A DNA stretch of 44,212 nucleotides from Clostridiales bacterium. GTDB lineage: Bacteria > Bacillota > Clostridia > Monoglobales > WRBX01. The stretch lies in contig JAISFC010000010.1 of assembly GCA_031263785.1 (NCBI GenBank), positions 1 to 44,212 of the forward strand, written 5' to 3'. A program made the translations under genes and the position numbers. The notes beneath the pieces are model-generated. The model saw only the letters and a list, made by a program, of their open reading frames with translations. It was not told the DNA's origin and did not search any database. Below are positions 1 to 9,974 of this stretch, piece by piece. Position 1 is the first letter of the stretch; each line of letters starts with the position of its first letter.

Positions 1-243
1 TGGAAATGTTGCGGAAATATGAGAAAAAACAGGTAATTATGGTTGCGTGATTTTGCAGGGCTTCATGTCATGCGGAGCTTTTTTTCAAAAGTGTTACCTA
101 TCTATTGACTTTTAACACCCGCAAATTCCGGCTACAAATATTGCCTCTTGATTTTTTCCGAAAAGTGTGTTATTATTATTGTGTGATGTTGTTGAACGTA
201 ATGTTGCCGGCGAGGAAGTATACGTCTTTTTTATCATAAATAT

Positions 244-317
244 TGCCGAATTGTGTAATGGTAGCACAGCAGATTCTGATTCTGCTTGTCTGGGTTCGAA
301 TCCTAGTTCGGCAACCA
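244..317 (+). tRNA. tRNA-Gln (CTG)
   Basis: Acceptor stem TGCCGAA/TTCGGCA, anticodon arm GCAGA-TTCTGAT-TCTGC, T-loop GGTTCGAATCC and an encoded CCA. Confidence 0.95.
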
Positions 318-322
318 AAAGA

Positions 323-374
323 TGCCTCTTCGAGGCAATGAAAAATGTCAAATGATAAATTATGAATGATAAAT
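323..374 (+). repeat. 52-bp post-tRNA element, copy 1 (hairpin plus AATGAxA heptamers)
   Basis: Matches 41663-41714 with 2 mismatches. Both copies start after a 5-nt gap following a tRNA CCA. Confidence 0.85.
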
Positions 375-559
375 CGAATATAATTGAATTAGAAGGCAAG
401 CGGTGGAATCCGATGTTCCCGTCCTGACCGACGATTACGCGCCTACGGAATTTTATTTTAAAGGAATCTGACGCGACTGCATAATTTCGTGTGAGATTTT
501 CTATGCGACGATATTTGCCGAATATTGATAAATAGAACGTTGTTTCGGGGGGAATTACG

Positions 560-1078
560 ATGTCTACAAGCAGAGGTTTCGTAAGAAACAGTTCAAACAA
601 AAGGCACTTCAAATTAATAAGCCAAAATAAAGACGCTAAGAAAAATGCCATCGGCTTCTGCAATAACATGATTCATCGCGGCTGGCTTTCGAGGGAGGTT
701 GTTTATGAGCATGAATGCTTGGAGAGACGGTGCCTGCATTTTCAAAGGCAACCTCATATTTTTTGGAAAATATTTGACAAAGAATTCGTAAAAACAACAT
801 TGACGCTTGACGAAATAGAACAACGCCGGATTAAAATTTCCGATATGTTCAAGTCCACTTGCCTTCAGGCGTTCGAGCGTTTTAACGTATACGTCACTTC
901 TATTCGCGAAGACGGACACCTTATTGAAATCATTTACACAGCCGCGAATAGGCTGGATTTGCGCGACTATGGCAGGGAATTGGGTAGAGAATTTGAAGCT
1001 CCCGTGTATTTCCGCTTTAAAAAAACAAACCCGCATATCCTCGATAAGCTGCTCGCTTCTATGGACTCGAAGAATTAA
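560..1078 (+). CDS. Hypothetical protein with an N-terminal Cys/His cluster, possibly Zn-binding
   Basis: 172-aa ORF with a G-rich RBS-like stretch upstream and the motif GFC-x4-HRG-x9-HECL-x3-CxH. Confidence 0.7.
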   Translation: MSTSRGFVRNSSNKRHFKLISQNKDAKKNAIGFCNNMIHRGWLSREVVYEHECLERRCLHFQRQPHIFWKIFDKEFVKTTLTLDEIEQRRIKISDMFKSTCLQAFERFNVYVTSIREDGHLIEIIYTAANRLDLRDYGRELGREFEAPVYFRFKKTNPHILDKLLASMDSKN

Positions 1079-1129
1079 GAATTATAAATTTCAATCCGAA
1101 CGCCGCGTTTTATCACGATGATTGCGGCG

Positions 1130-2530
1130 TTACTTGATTAAATAAGCCTTCCTCAAGATCTTTTTGCACCAATCCTGCGTAAACACAAGCGCGTAGAGGG
1201 CAATGGCGAACGGGACTATCGGCAGAAAAAGTCTGGCATGGTCTTCGGGTGAGCCTATCGCAATTGTGATTATGTGTGAAATCACGCATACGGAAAGCCC
1301 TAAGCCAATCCAATCGAGCGGTCCCTTGCGGATGCGCTTAATTATTATCACCAACATATTGATAAGCGCAATGAATGCCGTAACTCCCATCGGTATGAAC
1401 GAGCTCAGAAACACGAAGGTCAACAGCGGTATGTAAGGCTCAAACATATCCTCGGTTATCGTGCCGCTTACGTCCAAAGGAAGAAAATGCGCGGTAGGCT
1501 CAAGAAGCGCTTTGCCCAAATTCCCCACGATGTATTTTATGTAATCCGTCTTATGCAGGGCAATCGTGGACTTTACATACGCTTCTATTTGCGACGCGGG
1601 GAAATATTCCAGCGGCTCCCATGCCGCCATATAATAGCTGCCGTCCAGATATGAGGGTATAGCCTTGATATATTCCGTAATTTCAGGGTAATAGGGATTT
1701 TCCACCAGCCTCGCGTTCATAAGATTCATGGTCTGATTGGCGCATATTTCCACGTACGTCAGCGAATTGCAATCGTTCTGCGCGCTATTCGCCTGCACAT
1801 ATGTAAACAACAACGCAACGCACAATCCGCCCGCCGCCAGCCCCGTCAAGCTCGCCCGCCAATCCGCGCGGTCTATTATGAGCTTCAACATCCAAAACGC
1901 CAAAATCACCGCGAATATCGTTAAAAATGACGGTCGGAGCATTATCAACAAAAACGCGTACACCGAGATTACCGCGGCAGTTCGACACCGCGGTTTTTGT
2001 ATGTGGCGCACCAATAAATAAATTAAAATCGTACTGAGTGAAATGGAAAGTGATTCGGTGAGAATGTATTTATTCGCCTGAATAAGCATCGGCGACGCCC
2101 CGTAAAAAAGAGTGCCGATAGCCCGCGCGCGCTTGCTGTTTGTAACGCGTTTGAGCAGCTTCCACATGAACCACACCGAAATAAGCGAAATTATATTCTG
2201 CCACACCATGACCCAAATAAAACCGCTCCCATAGCTCTCGCCGCCGAACGAGAATATCTTGATAAACAGCGGATACAGCGGCGTGCGGATGGGGTCTATG
2301 ATGCCGTGGAATATGTCCCCGGAGAACTGCGTCGAATATGTGGCGGTGTCGTTTTCGAGGGCGATAAACGGCTTTGTGAGCAGCAGCAACCCAATGCGGA
2401 AGGGTATTAAAAACACATACATTTGCCAAATCGACAAGCCGTCCAGCGCGCGCACCGCAGGGAGAATAACGCGCCTAAAAACGCGTTCGGGGAATTTTAT
2501 GCATGCTTCCAGCACGTCAAGCGCTTTCAT
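1130..2530 (-). CDS. Polytopic membrane glycosyltransferase (GT-C, ArnT/PMT-like)
   Basis: Many TM helices and the motifs [14 protein letters not shown] and RP. The ATG at 2530 has a GGAGG RBS and overlaps the upstream stop. Confidence 0.7.
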   Translation of the reverse strand: MKALDVLEACIKFPERVFRRVILPAVRALDGLSIWQMYVFLIPFRIGLLLLTKPFIALENDTATYSTQFSGDIFHGIIDPIRTPLYPLFIKIFSFGGESYGSGFIWVMVWQNIISLISVWFMWKLLKRVTNSKRARAIGTLFYGASPMLIQANKYILTESLSISLSTILIYLLVRHIQKPRCRTAAVISVYAFLLIMLRPSFLTIFAVILAFWMLKLIIDRADWRASLTGLAAGGLCVALLFTYVQANSAQNDCNSLTYVEICANQTMNLMNARLVENPYYPEITEYIKAIPSYLDGSYYMAAWEPLEYFPASQIEAYVKSTIALHKTDYIKYIVGNLGKALLEPTAHFLPLDVSGTITEDMFEPYIPLLTFVFLSSFIPMGVTAFIALINMLVIIIKRIRKGPLDWIGLGLSVCVISHIITIAIGSPEDHARLFLPIVPFAIALYALVFTQDWCKKILRKAYLIK

Positions 2531-3968
2531 GGTATCCGCCCTCCGTGTTGACATTCCAAACCTTTTCCGCATTTGTGCCGTTTTTAAGCGCGTCCACGGC
2601 ACACAGCGCGGTGAGCATGGAGTGGTCCATATTATTATACCTATGCTGCCCGTTGCGCCCGATGCAGTACAAATTCGGCATTTTATCAAGGAATTCACGC
2701 ACCAGCCCAAACTCCGAATATGAGTCAAAATACGCCGGATACGCCTTTTTAACCCGCAAACGCACCGAATCCTTTACGTCCCCGCGCTCGAGAATATCAA
2801 TCTTTTCCAGCTCGTCAACCGCAAAATCAATAAACGCGTCGTCGGGCATCTCCCACAAATCGTCGCCCTCGTCGCAAAAATACTCCAAACCTATCCAAAC
2901 GGTATTTTCATCCTCCACCATATACGGCGACCAATTGTTAAAAATTTGCAAACGCCCCAATTTTACGTCGTGTTCCTGTATGTAAATCCAACAATCGGGC
3001 GGATAATTTTTGCCGCCCTCCTTAATTTTAAGCTTGTCCGCCAGCAGCCCCACGGTCATAAAATCGCGGTATGGCAGGTTTTTTGCGACATCAGCGGCTT
3101 CCGACGGCACATCGTTCATCGCCGCCAACAAATCCTTAATCGGCATGGACGAGAAGAAATAATCGCCCTCCACCCGCTCGCCGTTCGCGAGGGTCACGTG
3201 CGTCAGCCCCACGGCATCCCGCGTTATCCCCGCAACCTCACTGTTCATGCGTATTTCTCCGCCCAGCTCACGTACCTTGTCCGCCAATTGTTCGTAAAAT
3301 TCGCCCGGACCGTGCTTAGGATAGGAAAATTCTTCGATTAGCGACGTTTCCCGCTCCTTGTTCAGCCCTAACGCCGTTAAAATCAGCTTTTTCAGCGACA
3401 ATCCGCGAATCCTCTGCGCCCCCCAGCTCGCGTCAATCACGGACGGGTCGCGCCCCCACACTTTGGCGGTGTAATCCTTAAAAAACATCTTATATAGCGG
3501 CGTTCCGAAGCGATTTATCATGAACGCCTCCAGCGACACTTCCTTGCGTCGGAAAATCCGCGCCGTCACGTAGCCCGCGCCCACCAGCAGCGTCCTCCAC
3601 ACCCCCATATTGCGAATCGTCCGCCATTTAAGCGAAAGCGGATAGTCGAAAAATTTGCGTCGGTAAAAAATGCGCGAAACACGCGGACGGGTAAGCATGT
3701 CCGGCATTATCTCCTTCCACAGCGCGAGAATGCGCTTATCCTTCGTGAAAAATCGATGCCCGCCGATGTCCATGCGGTTGCCGTTGTGCAGGGCGGTGCG
3801 CGAAATGCCGCCTATGTATGCGGACGCCTCTAAAATAATCGGCTTATAATCCGTGCTTTTAAGCATCTCATACGCGGCGGTCAGCCCCGCGGGACCCGCT
3901 CCGATAATTATCGCCGTCTTCGCAGGCGTCTTTTCCTCATGCTCTGTTACGATATTCTTTTTTTCCAC
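2517..3968 (-). CDS. NAD(P)/FAD-dependent oxidoreductase (protoporphyrinogen-oxidase / UDP-galactopyranose-mutase-like family)
   Basis: Rossmann motif [13 protein letters not shown], plus DIGGHRFF and [15 protein letters not shown]. Confidence 0.85.
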   Translation of the reverse strand: MEKKNIVTEHEEKTPAKTAIIIGAGPAGLTAAYEMLKSTDYKPIILEASAYIGGISRTALHNGNRMDIGGHRFFTKDKRILALWKEIMPDMLTRPRVSRIFYRRKFFDYPLSLKWRTIRNMGVWRTLLVGAGYVTARIFRRKEVSLEAFMINRFGTPLYKMFFKDYTAKVWGRDPSVIDASWGAQRIRGLSLKKLILTALGLNKERETSLIEEFSYPKHGPGEFYEQLADKVRELGGEIRMNSEVAGITRDAVGLTHVTLANGERVEGDYFFSSMPIKDLLAAMNDVPSEAADVAKNLPYRDFMTVGLLADKLKIKEGGKNYPPDCWIYIQEHDVKLGRLQIFNNWSPYMVEDENTVWIGLEYFCDEGDDLWEMPDDAFIDFAVDELEKIDILERGDVKDSVRLRVKKAYPAYFDSYSEFGLVREFLDKMPNLYCIGRNGQHRYNNMDHSMLTALCAVDALKNGTNAEKVWNVNTEGGYHESA

Positions 3969-4039
3969 GGCTCTCTCCTTTTTGTTACGTTGTCCCGCGA
4001 CCGAAGAGGCAGCGGCATACGTCGAAATTATCAGCTCTA

Positions 4040-4504
4040 TCAGTCGGTTATTGCGTAGCTGCCCTTCACCATCACCAATAAATCCGTCTGTGCCACCAGC
4101 CCTCTGCCGTCGTCCAGCGGCACAATCAGCAACGCGTTAGGAGGAGCGTCGACGCCGTCAGCAAGGTCGTGCCCTGCCGTCGTGTTAGAAATTCCGCCCT
4201 TCTTTGTGGCGAAAATCTTCGCGGTTCCCTGGCGCAGAATCATCTCCGTCCCCTCGTTGCACAAAAGCCGCTTCCCGTTCGGTACCTCGATTACACGAAA
4301 GCTCGTCGCCGTCACTTCCGCGCCGGGGGTCAGCTTGCTCACCTCGCCGTCAACATACGCCTTCACCTGCGTTATCCGCTGTTCCACATAGCTAAGCGAG
4401 ACCACAGGATCGTCATCCGCGCCCGGCGCCGCCGCAATCACCATAACAAGCGCCGACATAATTACCGCCAAAATGCCGCTTGCCGCTAAAATCTTCTTTT
4501 TCAT
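4040..4504 (-). CDS. Conserved exported hypothetical protein
   Basis: GGAGG RBS before MKKKILA, a signal peptide, and DPVVSLSYV / GTEMILRQG / DGRG motifs like those of clostridial hypotheticals. Confidence 0.75.
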   Translation of the reverse strand: MKKKILAASGILAVIMSALVMVIAAAPGADDDPVVSLSYVEQRITQVKAYVDGEVSKLTPGAEVTATSFRVIEVPNGKRLLCNEGTEMILRQGTAKIFATKKGGISNTTAGHDLADGVDAPPNALLIVPLDDGRGLVAQTDLLVMVKGSYAITD

Positions 4505-4626
4505 TTGTTTTATTCCTCCTCCGCGTTGTCCGAAGCGCAGAAATTTTGCAGCCATAGAGTTTTCCGCACCGCGGTCCTATATTTTTCATTTTAACATTTT
4601 TCATATTGAGTACAATCCCGGCAGTG

Positions 4627-4977
4627 TCAGACGGTCTTCCCCAATCCGAACGAAATCGACAGCGCATCATCCACGCGCCCCATTATGCCCTCGTCCAGAT
4701 GCCCCATCCTCTCGCGAAGACGCTTTTTGTCAATTGTGCGAATTTGCTCCGCCAAAATAACGGAATCCTTCGCCAGCCCAAAATCACTCGCCTGAAGCTC
4801 TATATGCGTGGGCAGCTTCGCTTTATTAATTTGTGACGTCACTGCCGCCGCTATCACCGTGGGGCTGTACTTGTTGCCCACATCGTTCTGTACAATCACG
4901 ACAGGGCGCATACCACCCTGTTCCGAACCTACAACAGGGCTCAAGTCGGCGTAATAAATATCGCCTCTTTTTACCAT
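4627..4977 (-). CDS. mazF: MazF/PemK-family mRNA interferase (NdoA/EndoA type)
   Basis: [24 protein letters not shown]...[13 protein letters not shown]...[10 protein letters not shown]. 116 aa from the ATG at 4977, which has a GAGGTG RBS. Confidence 0.95.
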   Translation of the reverse strand: MVKRGDIYYADLSPVVGSEQGGMRPVVIVQNDVGNKYSPTVIAAAVTSQINKAKLPTHIELQASDFGLAKDSVILAEQIRTIDKKRLRERMGHLDEGIMGRVDDALSISFGLGKTV

Positions 4978-5022
4978 ATTTGTCACCTCATTTGTAATTG
5001 CAAGGCGACGCCTATGGTCACC

Positions 5023-5157
5023 TCACAGTTTTTTTTCGTACATCTCTAATTGTTTGTTGTCCGCCTCAAGTGCTTCTTCAGCAAGCGCAAGGTTTATTGC
5101 GCCCATTTCTTCGTAACCTTCCGCCATCTTACGGATAAATTCCGGGTTGTTCAGCAT
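5023..5157 (-). CDS. mazE: Minimal MazE/NdoAI-type antitoxin (44 aa, toxin-binding region only)
   Basis: Not in the ORF track. MLNNPEFIRKMAEGYEEMGAINLALAEEALEADNKQLEMYEKKL resembles the NdoAI C-terminal GYxEMxxINL motif, has an AGGGGG RBS and lies directly upstream of mazF. Confidence 0.85.
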   Translation of the reverse strand: MLNNPEFIRKMAEGYEEMGAINLALAEEALEADNKQLEMYEKKL

Positions 5158-5221
5158 TGGGCATGCCCCCTATTAGTATATGTGCGCGCGGGACTGCTCG
5201 TTCACCCCGCACTATATACTA

Positions 5222-5250
5222 ATTATAACAGAACCGTCTTTATTCGTCAA
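5222..5250 (-). promoter_or_regulatory. Sigma-A promoter of mazEF
   Basis: TTGACG-17 bp-TATAAT on the minus strand, with an extended -10 TG. Confidence 0.7.
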
Positions 5251-5418
5251 TGACATTTTTTTCAAAATATTACAAATTATTCTTTTTTTGTTCGCGCACT
5301 CGTCTAATACGCCGTTAAGTATACATTTCTCTCCTTTCTGTTCAGATTGTTTCCACTTACAAGTTTTTCAATTCTTATTTTGTCTAAATTTATTTTACAC
5401 CATCGTAAACAAAAAGCT

Positions 5419-5435
5419 TGCCGAATCTTGTCGAA
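5419..5435 (+). promoter_or_regulatory. Tandem Spo0A boxes
   Basis: TGCCGAA-tct-TGTCGAA: two TGNCGAA matches 3 bp apart in the divergent mazEF/LCP intergenic region. Confidence 0.5.
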
Positions 5436-5631
5436 TGTATTTTTTTATTTTTTTCCGCGGGGAGGTAGCACGGATTCGGCAACGTTTTCATAGCTTATAA
5501 TGCGCGTCTTTCGATTGCAATTTTATTTTTCATAACGGGAAAATATTAAATTTCCTTAAAAAGGGGGTTGCATTTTTCTTCGAATTCTGATAAGATGTGC
5601 GCATAAGGAAAATGAGGAGGCAGGTTGCAAA

Positions 5632-6531
5632 ATGCGAAGGCAGGCTAAACCCGGACGAATAGCGCTTATGGTTTTTTTAGCGTTAATTATGTGCGTTTCA
5701 ATAATCGGCGGTGTGTTTGTCGCGAATTCTTTCATGACCGCGCTTAACCCCGCGCTAACCGAAGACGGCGAGGTAATTGAGGCGGATATGCCTTTAGGCG
5801 ACGATATGAACATTCTCGTGCTGGGTACGGACGGCTCGTCGCTGCTTACCGACACTATGATTCTGTTCCACATCGACACCAAAACGCGAACCCTCAAAAC
5901 TCTTTCAATACCGCGAGATACCCGCGTCAAATACAACAACAGCCACATCAAAATCAACTCGGCGTACGGCTATAAGGGGCGCGAAAAGTCCACTATCGAA
6001 GCGGTAAAAACGCTCACCGGTCTGCCCGTGAACTACTACGTAACCGTCGGGCTAAACGGATTCCGCGGCATTATCGACTATCTGGGCGGCGTTGACATAA
6101 ACGTTCCAAAAGACATGTATTATTCCGACCCCGCGCAGAAGCTGAACATAAATCTCAAAGCCGGTATGCAGCACATGGACGGCGCAACTGCCGAAAAATA
6201 CGTGCGTTTCCGCAAAGGGTACGTGGATCAGGACATCGGGCGTATGCACGCGCAGCAGGAGTTTATAAAAGAACTCATTCGTCAAAAATTCACGCTGGCT
6301 AACATCGTGCGCGCGAAAAGCATATTTGAGGAATTAAAGAAATATGTTTCAACTAATTATACGCTCGGCGAGATTGTATCCACCGCAAACAAGCTAAAGG
6401 GCATGGACACCACTAATATTCTTTCTTTTGACGTCCCCGGGGAGGCGCGGACTATCGACAACATAAGCTATTGGGTTGCCGACGACGCCGAGCTCAAGCT
6501 CTTAATCGAAAGTAATTTCAGCTCAAAATAG
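5632..6531 (+). CDS. LCP (LytR-CpsA-Psr) family protein
   Basis: N-terminal TM helix, then NILVLGTD, TDTMIL, LSIPRDTRV, KINSAY and YVRFRK...DIGR. Confidence 0.93.
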   Translation: MRRQAKPGRIALMVFLALIMCVSIIGGVFVANSFMTALNPALTEDGEVIEADMPLGDDMNILVLGTDGSSLLTDTMILFHIDTKTRTLKTLSIPRDTRVKYNNSHIKINSAYGYKGREKSTIEAVKTLTGLPVNYYVTVGLNGFRGIIDYLGGVDINVPKDMYYSDPAQKLNINLKAGMQHMDGATAEKYVRFRKGYVDQDIGRMHAQQEFIKELIRQKFTLANIVRAKSIFEELKKYVSTNYTLGEIVSTANKLKGMDTTNILSFDVPGEARTIDNISYWVADDAELKLLIESNFSSK

Positions 6532-6580
6532 GGCGGTACATTCACATAACACATTAAAATTTATCTAATCAGGGGGTTTT

Positions 6581-7927
6581 ATGGGTATTTTATTCGGAAC
6601 TGACGGCGTACGCGGCGTTGCAAACGCGGAATTGACGCCTGAATTAGCATTTAGACTTGGGCAGGCGGGCGCAATGGTTTTAACCAGCGAGCGTCACAAA
6701 CCGAGAATTTTAATAGGAAAAGACACGCGCATGTCGTCAGAAATGCTGGAAGCCGCCTTAATTGCCGGCATTTGCTCCGTGGGCGCGGAGGCGGAGCTGT
6801 TGGGCGTCATTCCCACGCCGGCGGTGGCATATTTAACGCGTGTTTCGGGCGCGGACGCGGGGATTGTCATCTCAGCCAGCCACAACCCGATGGAGTATAA
6901 CGGCATCAAATTTTTCAACAGCAGCGGCTATAAGCTCAGCGACCGGCTGGAAAACGATATTGAGGAGATTATCCTGCACACGCGCGAAAATATTCCCCGC
7001 CCCACCGGCGCTGAAATCGGGAGGGTCGTCCACAACGAACAGGCGCGGAATGATTATATTCAATACCTCATCAGCACGATGGAATGCAGGCTGGATGGCA
7101 TGAAAATCGCAATCGACTGCGCAAACGGCGCGAACAGCTCCATCGCGGGCGAGGTTCTGTCCTCTCTGGGGGCGGAAACTCAAGTGATTAATAACCAGCC
7201 GAACGGCGCAAATATCAACCTCAATTGCGGGTCTACGGCAATCGGGGGCATATCGGAATATGTGGTTAAAACGGGCGCGGATTTGGGGCTTGCCTTCGAC
7301 GGCGATGCCGACCGCGTTCTTGCCGTTGACGAGCATGGCAAGCTTGTGGATGGCGACAAAATCCTCGCCATTTGCGGCGCTCATATGAAAAAGCAGGGCA
7401 AGCTGGCGGGGAATACTATCGTGGCGACGGTCATGAGCAATCTGGGGCTGACGATAGCCGCGCGCAACGAGGGGATTGACATCGTGTCCGCAAATGTCGG
7501 CGACCGTTTTGTGCTGGAACAGATGTTAAAAGGCGGCTTTAACCTCGGCGGCGAGCAGAGTGGGCATATTATTTTCCTTGATTATAACACCACGGGCGAC
7601 GGGTTGCTGACGGGGCTGCGGCTGGCGGAAATTTGCAAAACGAGCGGGAAAAAGCTGTCCGAATTGGCGGGAATAATGCAGGTCATGCCGCAGGTGCTAA
7701 TCAACGCTAAGGTAGCAAGCGACAAGAAATACACATATAGTAATCATGCGGGCATTATGAGCGAAATTGCCGTGTTGGAATCCGAATTCGCGGGCGAGGG
7801 GCGCGTGTTAATACGTCCGTCGGGCACGGAACCGCTCGTGCGGGTGATGATTGAGGGCAAGGACCGTGACCGCCTTGAAACCGCGGCGAAAAAGCTGGCG
7901 AATTACATTGAAAAAGAGTTGGCTTAA
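6581..7927 (+). CDS. glmM: Phosphoglucosamine mutase
   Basis: FGTDGVRG, ISASHNP, DGDADR, GGEQSGH and RPSGTEP motifs. Confidence 0.97.
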   Translation: MGILFGTDGVRGVANAELTPELAFRLGQAGAMVLTSERHKPRILIGKDTRMSSEMLEAALIAGICSVGAEAELLGVIPTPAVAYLTRVSGADAGIVISASHNPMEYNGIKFFNSSGYKLSDRLENDIEEIILHTRENIPRPTGAEIGRVVHNEQARNDYIQYLISTMECRLDGMKIAIDCANGANSSIAGEVLSSLGAETQVINNQPNGANINLNCGSTAIGGISEYVVKTGADLGLAFDGDADRVLAVDEHGKLVDGDKILAICGAHMKKQGKLAGNTIVATVMSNLGLTIAARNEGIDIVSANVGDRFVLEQMLKGGFNLGGEQSGHIIFLDYNTTGDGLLTGLRLAEICKTSGKKLSELAGIMQVMPQVLINAKVASDKKYTYSNHAGIMSEIAVLESEFAGEGRVLIRPSGTEPLVRVMIEGKDRDRLETAAKKLANYIEKELA

Positions 7928-7957
7928 CGTGGGTAACACGAAAGGAGTGCGTGTTTT

Positions 7958-9781
7958 ATGTGTGGAGTGGTAGGTTATGTTGGCAAGGAGCAGGCGGCGC
8001 CGATTTTGCTCGACGGGCTTGCGAAATTGGAGTATCGGGGGTACGATTCCGCGGGGGTGGCGGTTTTCGGCGATTCCATAAAGGTGCAGAAATGCGAGGG
8101 GCGGCTGAAGGTCCTGCATAAAAAAATAAAGGGCGGCAGCTCTATGAGCGGCACTATGGGCATTGGTCACACGCGTTGGGCGACCCACGGCGAGCCCTCG
8201 GACGCGAACTCCCACCCGCACACCAGCGCGGAGGAAAACGTGGCTGTCGTGCATAACGGAATCATCGAAAACTACCTGGAATTAAAGGATTTCCTGAAGA
8301 ATCACGGCTGCGTTTTTACCTCGGATACGGACACCGAAGTCATTGCCCACCTCATTGACCACTATCACGACCACGACCCGCTCAAAACCCTGATTAAGGT
8401 GATGAATAAGCTGGAAGGGTCGTACGCTCTGGGCATCATGTTCAGCGAGAATCCCGGCGAGCTGTACGCCGTGCGCAAGGATAGCCCGCTGATTGTCGGG
8501 CTTTCAAAGGGTGGCAATTTTATCGCCAGCGACATACCCGCCGTGCTGCCGCACACCCGCGACGTTTATCTGCTCAATGACAAGGAAATTGTGCGCCTCA
8601 CCGCTGATGCTGTGAAAATTTTTAACACGGATGAGGAGCCGATTAAAAAAGACGTCTATCACGTGGAATGGGACGTTTCGAGCGCGGAAAAAGGCGGCTA
8701 TGAGCATTTTATGTTCAAGGAAATTATGGAGCAGCCGAAAGCCGTGCGGGAAACCGTTCGCCCACGCGTCAAGCGCGGCAAGATTGTGCCGGACGAATTC
8801 CAAATGTCGCCTGAAGATGTGAAAAATATTGATAAAATACATATAATCGCCTGTGGCTCCGCCTATCACGCGGGCGTCGTCGGGAAGTATCTAATTGAGA
8901 AAATGGCGCGCATCCCCGTCGAGGTCGACTTGGCGTCCGAATTTCTCTACCGCAGCCCGATGATTACCAACCGCACGTTGATGCTCGTAATCAGCCAGTC
9001 CGGCGAAACTTTGGATACGCTGCGCGCATTGCGTGAGGCAAAACGCCTCGGCGGGCGCGTTCTCTCCGTCGTGAACGTGGTGGGCAGCTCGATTGCGCGC
9101 GAAAGTGACGATATTATCTACACTTGGGCGGGTCCCGAAATTGCCGTGGCGACCACGAAGGCGTACAGCACACAGCTGGCGGTGATTTATCTGCTGGCGG
9201 AGTATTTCGCCGTGCAAAAGGGAATCAAGAACGCCGAACAGACCGCCGCTTTTCTCGACGAGCTGGCTAAAATCCCCGCTAAAATAGAACAAATCATCAA
9301 AAACACAGAGAACATTCAGTTTCTCGCCTCGCAATTTGCGGCGGCAAAGGATGTGTTCTTCCTCGGGCGGGGCATAGATTACGCCGTCGCGCTGGAAGGG
9401 TCGCTAAAATTAAAGGAAATTTCCTACGTCCACTCCGAAGCGTACGCCGCGGGCGAGCTAAAACACGGCACTATTTCGCTTATAGAAAAAGGAACCCCCG
9501 TCGTTGCGCTTGCCACTCAGGACGAGCTTTTTGACAAGATAATGAGCAATATCCGCGAGGTTAAGGCGCGCGGGGCGGTAGTGCTGGCGGTAGTGCCCGA
9601 AAATCAGCCTACAGCCGAACAATTCGCCGACCATGTTCTGTACGTCCCCAAAACCATCCCTGAGCTCACGCCCTCTCTGGCGGTCATTCCTCTGCAACTT
9701 TTCGGCTATTATATGGCGGCAGAACGCGGATGCGACATAGATAAGCCACGGAATCTAGCTAAATCCGTGACCGTTGAGTAA
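7958..9781 (+). CDS. glmS: Glutamine--fructose-6-phosphate aminotransferase
   Basis: N-terminal MCGVVG, GHTRWATHG, SQSGET and C-terminal PRNLAKSVTVE. Confidence 0.98.
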   Translation: MCGVVGYVGKEQAAPILLDGLAKLEYRGYDSAGVAVFGDSIKVQKCEGRLKVLHKKIKGGSSMSGTMGIGHTRWATHGEPSDANSHPHTSAEENVAVVHNGIIENYLELKDFLKNHGCVFTSDTDTEVIAHLIDHYHDHDPLKTLIKVMNKLEGSYALGIMFSENPGELYAVRKDSPLIVGLSKGGNFIASDIPAVLPHTRDVYLLNDKEIVRLTADAVKIFNTDEEPIKKDVYHVEWDVSSAEKGGYEHFMFKEIMEQPKAVRETVRPRVKRGKIVPDEFQMSPEDVKNIDKIHIIACGSAYHAGVVGKYLIEKMARIPVEVDLASEFLYRSPMITNRTLMLVISQSGETLDTLRALREAKRLGGRVLSVVNVVGSSIARESDDIIYTWAGPEIAVATTKAYSTQLAVIYLLAEYFAVQKGIKNAEQTAAFLDELAKIPAKIEQIIKNTENIQFLASQFAAAKDVFFLGRGIDYAVALEGSLKLKEISYVHSEAYAAGELKHGTISLIEKGTPVVALATQDELFDKIMSNIREVKARGAVVLAVVPENQPTAEQFADHVLYVPKTIPELTPSLAVIPLQLFGYYMAAERGCDIDKPRNLAKSVTVE

Positions 9782-9851
9782 ACAAAATAAATTATTTAAG
9801 CAATGGGGGACGCATCACACCGAATTCCCCTCGATTTTCTTTTACCAAGCG
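9775..9851. repeat. 77-bp direct repeat, left copy
   Basis: Near-identical to 11386-11462. It begins in the 3' end of glmS and contains a GGGG...CCCC hairpin. Confidence 0.9.
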
Positions 9852-9974
9852 CAAAATAGAGTGGTTATAGATTAAAGTTGCGCAAAACTCGTTCATAAAA
9901 GTGTGGAATTTATTAAATAAGTCGTTGACTTTTGTGCTATAATATAGTATAATCGAAATAAGAGGTGAACGAGT

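Noticed and set aside
112-669. 185-aa minus-strand ORF and the 167-355 ORF
   Set aside because: They overlap tRNA-Gln and the post-tRNA repeat, so they are shadow ORFs.
2531-2728. N-terminal extension of the membrane glycosyltransferase
   Set aside because: It lies inside the oxidoreductase gene. The ATG at 2530 has a GGAGG RBS.
5315-5326. Minus-strand AGGAG RBS followed by ATG TAT ACT TAA
   Set aside because: A three-codon ORF with no attenuator structure or other support.
5180-5500. 106-aa Phe-rich ORF
   Set aside because: Low-complexity translation of an AT-rich promoter region with no RBS.
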